From: Acidobacteriota bacterium
GTDB lineage: Bacteria; Acidobacteriota; JAAYUB01
NCBI GenBank assembly: GCA_029565065.1
Contig: JAKQOW010000095.1
Location: forward strand, 5,616-69,615
Reading direction: 5' to 3'
DNA: 64,000 bases
The notes beneath the pieces were generated by a model, which was given only the letters and a program-made list of their open reading frames with translations, did no database searches and had not been told where the DNA came from. Below are positions 9,962-19,269 of the stretch, in pieces. Position 1 is the first letter of the stretch, and the number at the start of each line of letters is the position of its first letter. Both the position numbers and the translations under genes were made by a program.

Positions 9962-9993
9962 CGGGCGGGACACGTGTCCCGCCCGTTTTTTTT
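9962..9993 (+). terminator. Intrinsic terminator after OPT
   Basis: Perfect 24-bp palindrome CGGGCGGGACACGTGTCCCGCCCG followed by a T tract. Confidence 0.8.
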
Positions 9994-10084
9994 CACCGGC
10001 CGGCCGCCCATTCCCTTTGAGTTCCCGGCGGCTTTGTGGTGAAATGGGGCGTTGGTGAAATCCGCGGGAGACGGGCAGGACACG

Positions 10085-10453
10085 ATGGCCAGGAAACGCG
10101 CGCAATCCGAAATGAATCTCATGGAGCTGGTGCCGCTGCGACGGCTGGGGCACATCAATCTGGAGGGGGAGCTGGTGGCCCTCGAGGTGCCGCGATTCAA
10201 GTCGGCGTGGGCCCAACGACTGTTTCTGCCGCGACGCCGCAAGCCCAACGTCCAGGTCAAGCTGGACGCCATCGGCTCCTTTGTCTGGGGCCGTTGCGAC
10301 GGCAACCGGTCCGTGGGCCAGATCGCCGAGGACCTGATGGAGCGGTTCGGCGACGAAGTCCGGCCCGCCGCGGAGCGCCTCTCCGCGTTCATTCTTCACC
10401 TGAAGCGCCAGGGCTTCATCGACCTGCGCGCCCCCGACGGCCGTCTCGTCTGA
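10085..10453 (+). CDS. PqqD-family (RiPP recognition element-like) protein
   Basis: LDAIGSFVWGRCDGNRSVGQIAEDLMERF...LSAFILHLKRQGFI fits the PqqD winged-helix pattern. Confidence 0.8.
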   Translation: MARKRAQSEMNLMELVPLRRLGHINLEGELVALEVPRFKSAWAQRLFLPRRRKPNVQVKLDAIGSFVWGRCDGNRSVGQIAEDLMERFGDEVRPAAERLSAFILHLKRQGFIDLRAPDGRLV

Positions 10454-10553
10454 AGCCGCTCCCGGCCGGGATTCGGCTGCCGTCCATCACACCAGCCATT
10501 CAGCGGGAAATGTTCCAGTGGCCGCAGGCGAATGCGCCGCGCGTCCGGCGCGG

Positions 10554-11420
10554 CTACGCGTCCGGGTTCGCGAACGGGCGCAGGGTTACCCCGTACCGCG
10601 CCAGGAGCGGCGGCAGCGCGTCGCACAGCAGATCCAGTTCCGCCTGCCGGGACTCCTTGAGCCGGGTCCGACTGGCGCGCAGTGACGCGTCCAGCACTCC
10701 GGGATGCGTCATCAGTTCGGCGCACCCGCTCGGCAGTCCGGCGATGATCCGTTCCAGATAGCCGGCCGTCCAGAGACCGGTCGCGGCCACGCCGTAGAAC
10801 CGGTCGGGCGTCCACAGGCCGGCCGCCGCCCGCCGCCAGCCCGGCCGCGCCAGCCGCACGGATCGTCCGAACAGCCATTGCAGCAACCGGCGCCGCCGCG
10901 CGCCCGGCGGCGCCAGTCCGAGCGCCAGCGGATCGGCGTCGAACGGATTGCGCACGGCTCGGATGCCGCGACGGCGGCAGACGGCCGCCACCCGGCGCAT
11001 CACGCCGGGGATCACGAACACGTGCTTGTGGGCGTCCAGGTGGGTGGGCGTGATGCCGGCGTCGCGCACGCGGTCGAGCTGAGCGCCGATCTCGGTCTCC
11101 ACGTCCGCCGGATCGATACGGCCGGCGGCCCAGCGGCGGGCGAACGTCCCGAGATCCCGCCAGAGCCGCCCGTCCGCGTCCACCAGGGTCGGCACATCGG
11201 CCGGCGCGGCCACCGGCGGCAGCCCGCCGGCCAGCACGAGGTGAACGCCGACGCCGAGCGCCGGCGCGGTGCGGGCCACGGCCGCCGCCTCGGCGAACGC
11301 CTCCCCCGCCGCCATCAGCGTGGCGCTGGACACCCCGCCGGCTTGATGCGCCGCCAGGATGCCCCGGTTGACACCCGTGTTGGCGCCGAAATCGTCGGCG
11401 TTCACGATGAGCTGTTTCAT
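10554..11420 (-). CDS. ChbG/HpnK (YdjC) family carbohydrate deacetylase
   Basis: LIVNADDFG, GVGVHLVL, PTHLDAHKH, ELMTHPG motifs. Confidence 0.92.
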   Translation of the reverse strand: MKQLIVNADDFGANTGVNRGILAAHQAGGVSSATLMAAGEAFAEAAAVARTAPALGVGVHLVLAGGLPPVAAPADVPTLVDADGRLWRDLGTFARRWAAGRIDPADVETEIGAQLDRVRDAGITPTHLDAHKHVFVIPGVMRRVAAVCRRRGIRAVRNPFDADPLALGLAPPGARRRRLLQWLFGRSVRLARPGWRRAAAGLWTPDRFYGVAATGLWTAGYLERIIAGLPSGCAELMTHPGVLDASLRASRTRLKESRQAELDLLCDALPPLLARYGVTLRPFANPDA

Positions 11421-11715
11421 CTCTCACCCTCGCAGCGGCGATGAGCAGCGACGCCCGATCGGAGACGGCGCGGTTGCGGATCTCCGGTTGCACCATCCCC
11501 ACCTGATCGACAGCGGAGAATGGCCGGCGCCGCCTCACTCGGGTAGCCGCCGCCCCGTCGGCTCCGACAAATAAATGTGAATTATAGTACAAATTCGGTG
11601 CTCAATCTGCATCAAAGCCCCTCCAGCCGGGGGCTCCCGCGGATCGGTCCACCCCGCAAGGCTTTGGCCGGATCGTGAAGTGCGTGTTCAGGCTAAAGTA
11701 CACGTAGTCCACAAG

Positions 11716-11762
11716 ATACAATATATAGTGTTAGGAACGTTTATATCTACAAAATATAGTAC
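11716..11762. promoter_or_regulatory. Tandem NrdR boxes
   Basis: ATACAATATATAGTGT (11716-11731) and CTACAAAATATAGTAC (11747-11762), 31 bp apart, matching the acaCwAtATaTwGtgt consensus, upstream of an RNR gene. Confidence 0.85.
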
Positions 11763-11769
11763 TTTTCGT

Positions 11770-11798
11770 TTGACATGCTCGGATACATGCGCCATAAT
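11770..11798 (+). promoter_or_regulatory. Sigma70 promoter TTGACA-N17-CATAAT for nrdJ
   Basis: Near-perfect consensus immediately downstream of the NrdR boxes. Confidence 0.8.
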
Positions 11799-11853
11799 TT
11801 GGACAATTGCGCTAAACCTACGGGCTACGCACGATTCTGGAGGAGATTCAGGG

Positions 11854-14595
11854 ATGGAACTCGATAAACAAGTGGCTGTGGAACCTTCGTCTTCAAACAC
11901 CCGGCGGCAGTCTAAACCAAAGAAAGGATTGACGTTCCATCGGTTTTTCACCCAGGAGAACCGCCATCCATTCGATGAGTTGGAATGGGAGACCCGCGAT
12001 GCCCGCATTACCAACAGCAAGGGCGAGGTGATCTTCGAGCAGTCGGGCGTCGAAGTGCCCGGCGACTGGTCCATGACCGCGACCAATATCGTCGCCTCGA
12101 AGTATTTTCACGGCCAGTTGGGCACGCCCAGCCGCGAGTACAGCGTCAAGCAGCTCATCAGCCGCGTGGTGGAAACCATCACCGGCTGGGGCACCGAGCT
12201 GGGTTACTTCCAGGAAGCGAGCGATGCCCGGGTGTTCGCCGACGAATTGACCTGCCTGCTCGTCAACCAGAAGGTCGCCTTCAATTCGCCCGTCTGGTTC
12301 AACGTGGGCTGCGAGCCGAAACCCCAGTGCTCGGCCTGCTTCATCAACTCGGTTGAAGACACCATGGACTCGATCCTGGAGCTGGCCAAGACCGAGGGCC
12401 GGCTCTTCAAGTTCGGCTCGGGCACCGGCAGCAACCTATCATCGCTCCGTTCTTCGCGGGAAAAGCTCGCCAGCGGCGGTTCCGCCTCGGGGCCGGTCTC
12501 GTTCATGAAGGGCTACGACGCCTTCGCCGGCGTGATCAAGTCCGGCGGCAAGACCCGCCGCGCAGCCAAGATGGTCATCCTGAACATCGATCACCCGGAC
12601 ATCGTCGACTTCATCCAGTGCAAGGTCAAGGAGGAGCGCAAGGCCCAGGCCCTGGTGCACGCCGGCTACGAGGCGTCGCTCGACGGCGAGGCATACAGCT
12701 CCATCTTCTTCCAGAACGCCAACAACTCCGTCCGTGTGACCGACGATTTCATGCGCGCCGTGGAGAACAACGAACCCTGGCGGACGAAGGCGATCACCAA
12801 CGGCGAGGTGGTGCACGAATTCCAGGCCCGCGACCTGATGCGCCTGATCGCCGATTCGGCGCACGTCTGCGGCGATCCGGGCATCCAGTTCGACACCACC
12901 ATCAATCGCTGGAATCCGTGCAAGAGCAGCGGCCGCATCAACGCCTCGAACCCATGCAGCGAATACATGTTCCTCGACGACTCCGCCTGCAACCTGGCCA
13001 GCCTGAACCTGCTCCGCTTCGCCACCGAGGACGGGCAGTACGACGCCGTCAGCTTCCGCAAGGCCATCGAGGTGGTGTTCACCGCCCAGGAGATCATCGT
13101 CGACGCGGCCAGCTACCCGACGCCGAGGATCGACCGGAACTCCCACGAGTTCCGCCCCATCGGCCTCGGCTACGCCAACCTCGGCGCGCTGCTCATGTTC
13201 ATGGGCCTCCCCTACGACAGCTACCAGGGCCGGGACTACGCGGCCACCATCACCGCGATCATGACCGGCCAGGCCTACCTCACCTCGGCGAAGATCGCCG
13301 AGCAGCTCGGCCCCTTCGCCCATTATCCGAAGAACAAGACCTCGTTCCTCGAGGTCATGCATTACCACCGCGACGCCCTCAAGTACATCGATCCGCAAAA
13401 CGTCTCGCCCGACCTGTACAAGCAGGCACGCGAGGTCTGGAACCAGGTCATTCAGGAAGGCGAGCAGCACGGCTTCCGCAACGCGCAGGCCACGGTGCTC
13501 GCCCCCACCGGCACCATCGGCTTCATGATGGACTGCGACACCACCGGCATCGAGCCCGACCTGGCGCTCGTCAAGTACAAGCAGCTCGTCGGCGGCGGCG
13601 GCATCAAGATCGTCAACAGCACCGTCTCGGCCGCCCTCACGCGCCTCGGCTACCCCGACGAGAAGGTCCGCAAGATCCTCAACTACATCGAAGGGCACGG
13701 CACCATCGAGGGGTGCCCGCTCCTGAAGGAAGAGCACCTGGCCATCTTCGACTGCGCGCTGAAACCGGCGCAGGGCAGCCGCACCATCCACCACATGGGC
13801 CACGTGCGGATGATGGCCGCCGTCCAGCCGTTCCTGTCGGGCGCCATCTCCAAGACGGTCAACATGCCCAACGAGTCCACGCCGGAGGACATTTCCCAGA
13901 CCTACATGGAAGCCTGGAAGATGGGGCTCAAATCCATCGCCATCTACCGCGACGGCTCGAAGCAGATCCAGCCGCTGTCCACCACCGCCGAAACCAAGCC
14001 GGCGGGCGAGGAGAAAGTGGTCTACCGGCCGGTCCGGAAGAAGCTCCCCGACGAACGCCGGGCCATCACCCACAAGTTCGCCATCGGCGGCCACGAGGGC
14101 TACATCACGGTGGGCATGTATGAGGACGGCTCGCCGGGCGAGATCTTCGTGGTCATGGCCAAGGAGGGAAGCGTCATCTCCGGCGTCATGGACGGCTTCG
14201 CCACGGCTGTGTCCATGGCCCTGCAATACGGCGTACCGCTCAAGGTCCTCGTCGAGAAGTTTACCCACACGCGGTTCGAGCCGTCCGGCTTCACCGGCAA
14301 CCCGCACATCCCGTACGCCAAATCGCTGTTCGACTACATCTTCAAATGGCTGGCGCTGAAGTTCCTCCCGGAGGAGGAGCACCAGAAGCTGGGCATCATC
14401 CCCGTCGAGGAGCCCGCCGCCGCGCCGGCCGCCGAGACGAAGAAGGCGGCCCGAACCGAGCCCGCCACCCAGAAGCCGCTGCTGCTGGAGCTGCAGCCCG
14501 ACGCGCCCCCCTGCTTCCAGTGCGGGTCCATCATGGTCCGCAACGGCGCCTGCTACAAGTGCCCCAACTGCGGCGAGACCAGCGGCTGCTCCTAG
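11854..14595 (+). CDS. nrdJ: Class II (adenosylcobalamin-dependent) ribonucleotide reductase
   Basis: FNSPVWFN, QCSACFI, KSGGKTRRAAKM, NASNPCSE, APTGTI, C-terminal TSCPD-like domain and CxxC...CxxCGETSGCS; SD GGAGGAG before ATG 11854. Confidence 0.96.
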   Translation: MELDKQVAVEPSSSNTRRQSKPKKGLTFHRFFTQENRHPFDELEWETRDARITNSKGEVIFEQSGVEVPGDWSMTATNIVASKYFHGQLGTPSREYSVKQLISRVVETITGWGTELGYFQEASDARVFADELTCLLVNQKVAFNSPVWFNVGCEPKPQCSACFINSVEDTMDSILELAKTEGRLFKFGSGTGSNLSSLRSSREKLASGGSASGPVSFMKGYDAFAGVIKSGGKTRRAAKMVILNIDHPDIVDFIQCKVKEERKAQALVHAGYEASLDGEAYSSIFFQNANNSVRVTDDFMRAVENNEPWRTKAITNGEVVHEFQARDLMRLIADSAHVCGDPGIQFDTTINRWNPCKSSGRINASNPCSEYMFLDDSACNLASLNLLRFATEDGQYDAVSFRKAIEVVFTAQEIIVDAASYPTPRIDRNSHEFRPIGLGYANLGALLMFMGLPYDSYQGRDYAATITAIMTGQAYLTSAKIAEQLGPFAHYPKNKTSFLEVMHYHRDALKYIDPQNVSPDLYKQAREVWNQVIQEGEQHGFRNAQATVLAPTGTIGFMMDCDTTGIEPDLALVKYKQLVGGGGIKIVNSTVSAALTRLGYPDEKVRKILNYIEGHGTIEGCPLLKEEHLAIFDCALKPAQGSRTIHHMGHVRMMAAVQPFLSGAISKTVNMPNESTPEDISQTYMEAWKMGLKSIAIYRDGSKQIQPLSTTAETKPAGEEKVVYRPVRKKLPDERRAITHKFAIGGHEGYITVGMYEDGSPGEIFVVMAKEGSVISGVMDGFATAVSMALQYGVPLKVLVEKFTHTRFEPSGFTGNPHIPYAKSLFDYIFKWLALKFLPEEEHQKLGIIPVEEPAAAPAAETKKAARTEPATQKPLLLELQPDAPPCFQCGSIMVRNGACYKCPNCGETSGCS

Positions 14596-14628
14596 ACCCG
14601 GCCGCCGATCCCAACCGTTGACGCCACC

Positions 14629-14663
14629 GCAGGCTCCCCGCATGGGGAGCCTGCCGTTCTTTC
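14629..14663 (+). terminator. Intrinsic terminator after nrdJ
   Basis: GCAGGCTCCCC-gcat-GGGGAGCCTGC 11-bp stem plus a T-rich tail. Confidence 0.75.
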
Positions 14664-14684
14664 GACCTGATTCGGAGATCGACG

Positions 14685-15620
14685 CTATTTACCGGCGGGC
14701 GGCGGCGCTGCCGGCGTGATTTCCAGGGGCAGTTCGGTGCGGTCGCTCCACTCTTCAAACGAGCCGTCGTACAATCGGGCCGTGTACCCGAGATGGCGCG
14801 CCGCCAGGTACAGCAGGCTGGCGGCCATGCCCACATTGCAGGTCGCGATCACCTGATCGCCCGGTGCGGCCCCGGCCGCCTGGAAGAGCTGCTCGAGGAC
14901 CGGCCGCGGTTTGAACCGGCCGCTTTTGTCCATCAACTCGGGGGACGGCAGGTTGCCCGCGCCCGGAATGTGGCCGGGCCGGGGCGCGCCGCCGCTTTCA
15001 CCCCGGAATGCCGGGGCCGAGCGGGCGTCCACCACGGCCACGCCGGGCTGCGTCCGCGCGGTGTTCAGCCAGTCGGCGCCGGCCAGCAGCTCCGGCCGGA
15101 GTCGCAGGTCGGGGAGCGCGGCGGTGACCGCCGGTGCGACCACCGACAGCGGCTGATCCGCCTCCCGCCAAGCCGGCAAGCCGCCGTCCAGCACGGCCAC
15201 CCGGCCGGCCAGGCCCAGGTATTCGAGCGTGACGAAAATCCGCGCCACGGCCGTCTCACGGCCGGAGTCGCCGTACAGCACGATCCGGGAGCCGGGCCCC
15301 ACACCGAATCCGGCCAGGATGGCCCGGGCGGTCTCCAGCTCCGGCATCACCGCGGAGGCCTCCGGCGTGGACGGGATCAGCCATGACGACCACAGAAAGC
15401 GGGCGCCGGGGATGTGCCCCCGCCGGTATTCGCGATGGGTGGCGCACACCTGGATCACCACCAGCTCGGGGTCCGGCAGCCGGGCCCCCAGCCAGTCGGC
15501 GGTCACCAGGACAGGCAGCGTCGTGTCGCCGTCCGCTGAAGTCCCCGCGGGCGGCGTCGCGGCGGTGGCCACCCACGTCAATCCCATCAGCAGCATGGCA
15601 ACGGGCCAGAATGGTTTCAT
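14685..15620 (-). CDS. Exported two-domain sulfurtransferase (rhodanese)
   Basis: Signal peptide; GHIPGA twice, LDGGLPAW, catalytic loop TCNVGMAAS, YDGSFEEW. Confidence 0.88.
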   Translation of the reverse strand: MKPFWPVAMLLMGLTWVATAATPPAGTSADGDTTLPVLVTADWLGARLPDPELVVIQVCATHREYRRGHIPGARFLWSSWLIPSTPEASAVMPELETARAILAGFGVGPGSRIVLYGDSGRETAVARIFVTLEYLGLAGRVAVLDGGLPAWREADQPLSVVAPAVTAALPDLRLRPELLAGADWLNTARTQPGVAVVDARSAPAFRGESGGAPRPGHIPGAGNLPSPELMDKSGRFKPRPVLEQLFQAAGAAPGDQVIATCNVGMAASLLYLAARHLGYTARLYDGSFEEWSDRTELPLEITPAAPPPAGK

Positions 15621-15815
15621 ATGCCCTCCCGATTGGAATATGCGTTGCAGCTTACCCCATCTATGATGCTGGGCGACCGCTCCTGGACGACACGTCCGGC
15701 TGGATTCGGGCGCGGCGTCCCGAAACGCCCCAGCTTGATGACGCGGCGGCAGCGGGGCGGCCGTTTGGAAGATGCGGCAATGCTGAGAGAGGTGATTGGA
15801 AACGAGTGTGTCCGC

Positions 15816-16310
15816 TCAGCTGGCGGAGGCTTCATCCATGAAGCGGTCAAAGTTCTCGTCGAGGACTTCGCCGCACTTCTGGCTGATGAAGTCGGAGCTG
15901 GTGAACACCCGCACCATGGTGATCATGGCGGCGCGTTGAGCGGCGGAGATGCCCGGAGCCGACTTGGGGAAGTCCACCAGGGTGCTGAAGGCCTTCATGA
16001 GCTCGCCGTAGCTGTACAGGTAATCCATGGTGAACTGGTTGAGCACGGCGGTCAGGATCCGGATGAACGAAGGGTAGCGGTCGAACTCGACGATGGCGTT
16101 GAGGATCTCTTCCTTCGTGGGCAGATTGCGTGTCTTTTCCAGAAACTGGGTCTCGATGAGCTGCTGGATGCCCGGTTCGTGGCGCCGGCGGAAGAAGGTC
16201 AGGTAGACGATCACGATGAACAGCGCGAGGACGACGATGCCGATGACGATGAGTTCGTTCATGTGTTGCGACAGGTAGCCGGAAAACGTTTGCGTCAGCC
16301 AGTAGTTCAT
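15816..16310 (-). CDS. Hypothetical single-TM protein
   Basis: Hydrophobic helix LIVIGIVVLALFIVIVYLTFF followed by RRR; strong upstream promoter. Confidence 0.75.
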   Translation of the reverse strand: MNYWLTQTFSGYLSQHMNELIVIGIVVLALFIVIVYLTFFRRRHEPGIQQLIETQFLEKTRNLPTKEEILNAIVEFDRYPSFIRILTAVLNQFTMDYLYSYGELMKAFSTLVDFPKSAPGISAAQRAAMITMVRVFTSSDFISQKCGEVLDENFDRFMDEASAS

Positions 16311-16363
16311 GATCCCAGTTCTGATTGCGGCGGTGTGGGTCGGGGCTTCGCAAAAACCCGATT

Positions 16364-16392
16364 AATATACATGCTCCGCCGGGCGTTGTCAA
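16364..16392 (-). promoter_or_regulatory. Sigma70 promoter TTGACA-N17-TATATT
   Basis: Near-consensus on the minus strand about 55 nt upstream of ATG 16310. Confidence 0.75.
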
Positions 16393-16423
16393 AAAAAATG
16401 CTTGACGGAGGAGCAGGTCCGAT

Positions 16424-16669
16424 TCAGTCGCCGCCGCGGCCGGGCGGGGGTGGATCCGTCCAGCGGATGATCCCGTAGTCGCCCATGGTGCCGCGGCGCG
16501 CGTCCGCGTCCAGCCTGGCGGCGGAATCCGCCGCCTGGTGACGGTCCCGGTGACGCGGCCAGCAGCCGGCGTGGATCTTCTCCCCGCACGCGGGGCACAG
16601 GAGGAGCCGGACGCCCGCCGGAAATTTCTCCCCGCCGCATTCGCCGCAGCGGAAGCCGGCGATCCCCAT
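16424..16669 (-). CDS. Small Cys/His zinc-finger protein (prokaryotic RING-like, truncated)
   Basis: MGIAGFRCGECGG...CPACGEKIHAGCWPRH; TGATG overlap with ccmD stop. Confidence 0.6.
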   Translation of the reverse strand: MGIAGFRCGECGGEKFPAGVRLLLCPACGEKIHAGCWPRHRDRHQAADSAARLDADARRGTMGDYGIIRWTDPPPPGRGGD

Positions 16670-16812
16670 CAGGCATCCTCCCCGTCGCGCAGGGCCAGCC
16701 GGAGCTCTTCGAGCTCGCGCGCCAGCCGCCGCAGCCGGCCGTGCAGACCGACGATGTAACCGAAGAGCAGCAGCAGGATGAAGCTGTAGGCCGCAAAGAG
16801 GTAGCCGTTCAT
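16669..16812 (-). CDS. ccmD: Heme exporter protein D (CcmD-like)
   Basis: Hand translation MNGYLFAAYSFILLLLFGYIVGLHGRLRRLARELEELR...; 47 aa directly after ccmC. Confidence 0.8.
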   Translation of the reverse strand: MNGYLFAAYSFILLLLFGYIVGLHGRLRRLARELEELRLALRDGEDA

Positions 16813-16815
16813 CTG

Positions 16816-17544
16816 TCATTCCCTCTCGAGCAGTATCCGGCGCAGGCGCTGGGCCTCCAGCCGCGCCCACTCGATCCCGAGGCGCATCCGGAACAGCAGC
16901 GCGAACAGCAGGGTGAACGCCACGCACGAGGCGATCAGGGTGTGGACCATCTCCGGCTCTAGGTTCATCCCCTGGCCGGAGACCACCACCGGGTGCATGC
17001 TGCGCCACCAACGGATGGAGAAGAAGACGATGGGGATGTCCGCGAAGGCGACGACGGCGTAGACGGCGCTGAATTGGCGCATCCGGGGGCTCTCGGGCAG
17101 GCTGCCGCGCAGCACGAGATACACCAGGTACATGAGCCAGAGGATCAGCGACGACGTCAGGCGCGGATCCCACGTCCACCAGGTGTTCCAGACGGGCCGG
17201 GCCCACAGCGGACCGGTCACCAGCACGATGGTGGTGAACAGGACGCCGATCTCGGCCGCGGCCGCCGCCCAGCGGTCAAAGCGCAGCCGGCCGCGCCACA
17301 GGTACAGGATGCTGCCCGCGAACACCACCGCGAACGCCACCATGGCCAGCCAGGCCGAGGCCACGTGAAAATAGAAGATGCGCTGCACCTCTCCCATCTC
17401 GCGCTCCCGCGGCGCGTAGAGGAACACCATGTAGAGCGCCCCCACCAGGGCGGCCGCCGTCAGGGCGGCCAGAGCCGCAAAACCGGCGCGTCCGCCGGCG
17501 GGAGCGGCGGCCCAGGTGTCAGTGTGTCGGGTGTCCGTTGTCAT
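16816..17544 (-). CDS. ccmC: Cytochrome c biogenesis protein CcmC
   Basis: QRIFYFHV, WWD domain WARPVWNTWWTWDPRLT, WWRSMHP. Confidence 0.95.
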   Translation of the reverse strand: MTTDTRHTDTWAAAPAGGRAGFAALAALTAAALVGALYMVFLYAPREREMGEVQRIFYFHVASAWLAMVAFAVVFAGSILYLWRGRLRFDRWAAAAAEIGVLFTTIVLVTGPLWARPVWNTWWTWDPRLTSSLILWLMYLVYLVLRGSLPESPRMRQFSAVYAVVAFADIPIVFFSIRWWRSMHPVVVSGQGMNLEPEMVHTLIASCVAFTLLFALLFRMRLGIEWARLEAQRLRRILLERE

Positions 17545-17589
17545 GCTGTCGGTTCGGATGTCGGGATGCCGGTCCGCGCCGGCGGTTCG

Positions 17590-18273
17590 TCAGGCGGCTT
17601 CCTCGACGACGTAACGGAAGACCGCGTAACATACTACCACGAAGATCAAGTCGAAACCGGCCAGCAGCCGCACCCAGGGGATCCAGCCGGACGCCGCCGG
17701 CGCCTGGAGCAACAGCGCGGTGGCCTTGACGCCGGCGATGACCACCGGCACGATCACCGGGAACAGCAGGATGGGCAGCAGCACCTCGCGCAGGCGCAGG
17801 CCCATGGTCATGGCCGAAAACAGCGTGCCCACGGCGATGAAGCCCACGTTCACCAGCAACACCACCAGCAGGAACGGCAGGAAGCCGCCGGCGAACCGGA
17901 CATCGAAGAAGACGACGAAGATGGGCAGGATCAGCGCCTCCATGGCGGTCTGGAACGCCAGGTTGGCGAGGAATTTCCCCAGGAAGATCACCCCGCGCGG
18001 CACCGGGGCCAGCAGCAGGCCGAGCATGCACCCCTCCTCGCGTTCCGTGGCGAAAGCGTTCGCCAGGCTGAGGATTCCAGCGAACAGGAACGCCACCCAT
18101 AGGATGGCCGGGGCGCTCTCGCGCGCCGCCCGGGAGCCGGGATCGAAGGCGAAGTTGAACACCACGATGACGATGAAGGCGAACAGCAGGGTCGTCAGGA
18201 AATTCTGGCGGGTGCGCAGCTCCAGGCGGAGATCTTTCCAGGCCACCCAGGCGGCGAGGCGCAGGATGCTCAC
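17590..18273 (-). CDS. ccmB: Heme exporter permease CcmB
   Basis: WKDLRLELR, FATEREEG, REVLLPILLFP. Confidence 0.93.
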   Translation of the reverse strand: MSILRLAAWVAWKDLRLELRTRQNFLTTLLFAFIVIVVFNFAFDPGSRAARESAPAILWVAFLFAGILSLANAFATEREEGCMLGLLLAPVPRGVIFLGKFLANLAFQTAMEALILPIFVVFFDVRFAGGFLPFLLVVLLVNVGFIAVGTLFSAMTMGLRLREVLLPILLFPVIVPVVIAGVKATALLLQAPAASGWIPWVRLLAGFDLIFVVVCYAVFRYVVEEAA

Positions 18274-19004
18274 GACGCCCCCCCGTGCCGGCTCACGGCA
18301 TCGAGGTAGAGCGCCGCCAAACGGTCCGGCCCTGTTTCGGCCGCGGCCACATCGGCGCGGATCCGGCCGCTGACCAGCACGAGGATCCGGTCGCCCAGCT
18401 CGGCGGCGTGCTCCAGCTGATGGCTGATCATCAGGATCGTCCGGCCCTCCCCCTTGAGCTTGCGGAGCAGGTCCCGGAGGATCGCCGCGGCGTGCTGGTC
18501 CAGGCCGGTGAAGGGCTCGTCCAGCAGCACCAGCTCCGGCTGGTGCTGCAGGGCGCGGGCGATGGCCAGCCGCTGCTTCATGCCGCGGGAGTAGGTCCGG
18601 ACCGGCCGGTCCGCGGCCGCCGCCAGTCCCATCCCGGCCAGAATCTCATCCAGGGCGGCCGGATCGCCGGGCCGGTCATAGAGCCGCGCGAAGAAGCGGA
18701 GGTTCTCCCGCCCGGTCAGCTCGGGGTAGAGAAAGAGCTGGTGGGAGATGTAGCCCAGCGCCCGGCGGAACTCGAGGTCGCGCCCGCTCATGTCCTCGCC
18801 CCGAAACCGGATCGTCCCGGAGCTGGGCCGCATGACGCGGGAGATGCAGTTGAACAGGGTGGTCTTGCCGGCGCCGTTGGGCCCCACCACGGCGAGGAAC
18901 GTCCCCGGGGCGACATCCAGGCTGATGCCGCGCAGCACCGGCACGTCGCCGAAGTGCTTGCGCACTTCCCGCAGGGACAGGACTGGCACGCCGTTGTCGG
19001 GCAT
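18270..19004 (-). CDS. ccmA: Heme exporter ABC ATPase CcmA
   Basis: GPNGAGKTT, YSRGMKQRL, LLDEPFTGLD; in the ccm operon. Confidence 0.92.
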   Translation of the reverse strand: MPDNGVPVLSLREVRKHFGDVPVLRGISLDVAPGTFLAVVGPNGAGKTTLFNCISRVMRPSSGTIRFRGEDMSGRDLEFRRALGYISHQLFLYPELTGRENLRFFARLYDRPGDPAALDEILAGMGLAAAADRPVRTYSRGMKQRLAIARALQHQPELVLLDEPFTGLDQHAAAILRDLLRKLKGEGRTILMISHQLEHAAELGDRILVLVSGRIRADVAAAETGPDRLAALYLDAVSRHGGAS

Positions 19005-19023
19005 TCCGGAACGCTCGCTCGGG

Positions 19024-19269
19024 CTATCGGATCTCGCGCCGCCGGCCCTCCAGCTGCGCCTTGAGTTCGGCGTAGGGCTCGTCCGGCAGCTTGCCGGCGC
19101 GCCGGTCGTACTCCAGGTCGGCCAGCGCCGCGTCCAGCGCCTCGCGGTCGGCCGCCGGGGGGATGTCGTCCGCGGCGACCGTTGCCGCCGGCGCCCCGCC
19201 GAGCAACGGCCACAGCACGTAAAGCACCACAGCGACGAGAATGGCCAGCACCAGCAGCGACACGATCAT
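19024..19269 (-). CDS. Small CcmI/CycH N-terminal-like membrane protein
   Basis: MIVSLLVLAILVAVVLYVLWPLL...ALADLEYDRRAGKLPDEPYAELK pattern; ATGA overlap with ccmF. Confidence 0.7.
   Translation of the reverse strand: MIVSLLVLAILVAVVLYVLWPLLGGAPAATVAADDIPPAADREALDAALADLEYDRRAGKLPDEPYAELKAQLEGRRREIR

Noticed and set aside
11420-11700. Cobalamin riboswitch expected upstream of nrdJ
   Set aside because: No B12-box or GCCACTG/GGGAAG elements recognised; NrdR boxes explain the regulation
11854-14595. Intein or selenocysteine/frameshift signals in nrdJ, hypD and other genes
   Set aside because: Lengths and motifs are continuous; no in-frame TGA or split frames seen
15668-15734. Possible multibranch RNA (three 5-bp stems) upstream of the sulfurtransferase
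   Set aside because: Such short stems are expected by chance at this GC content; no match to riboswitch cores I know
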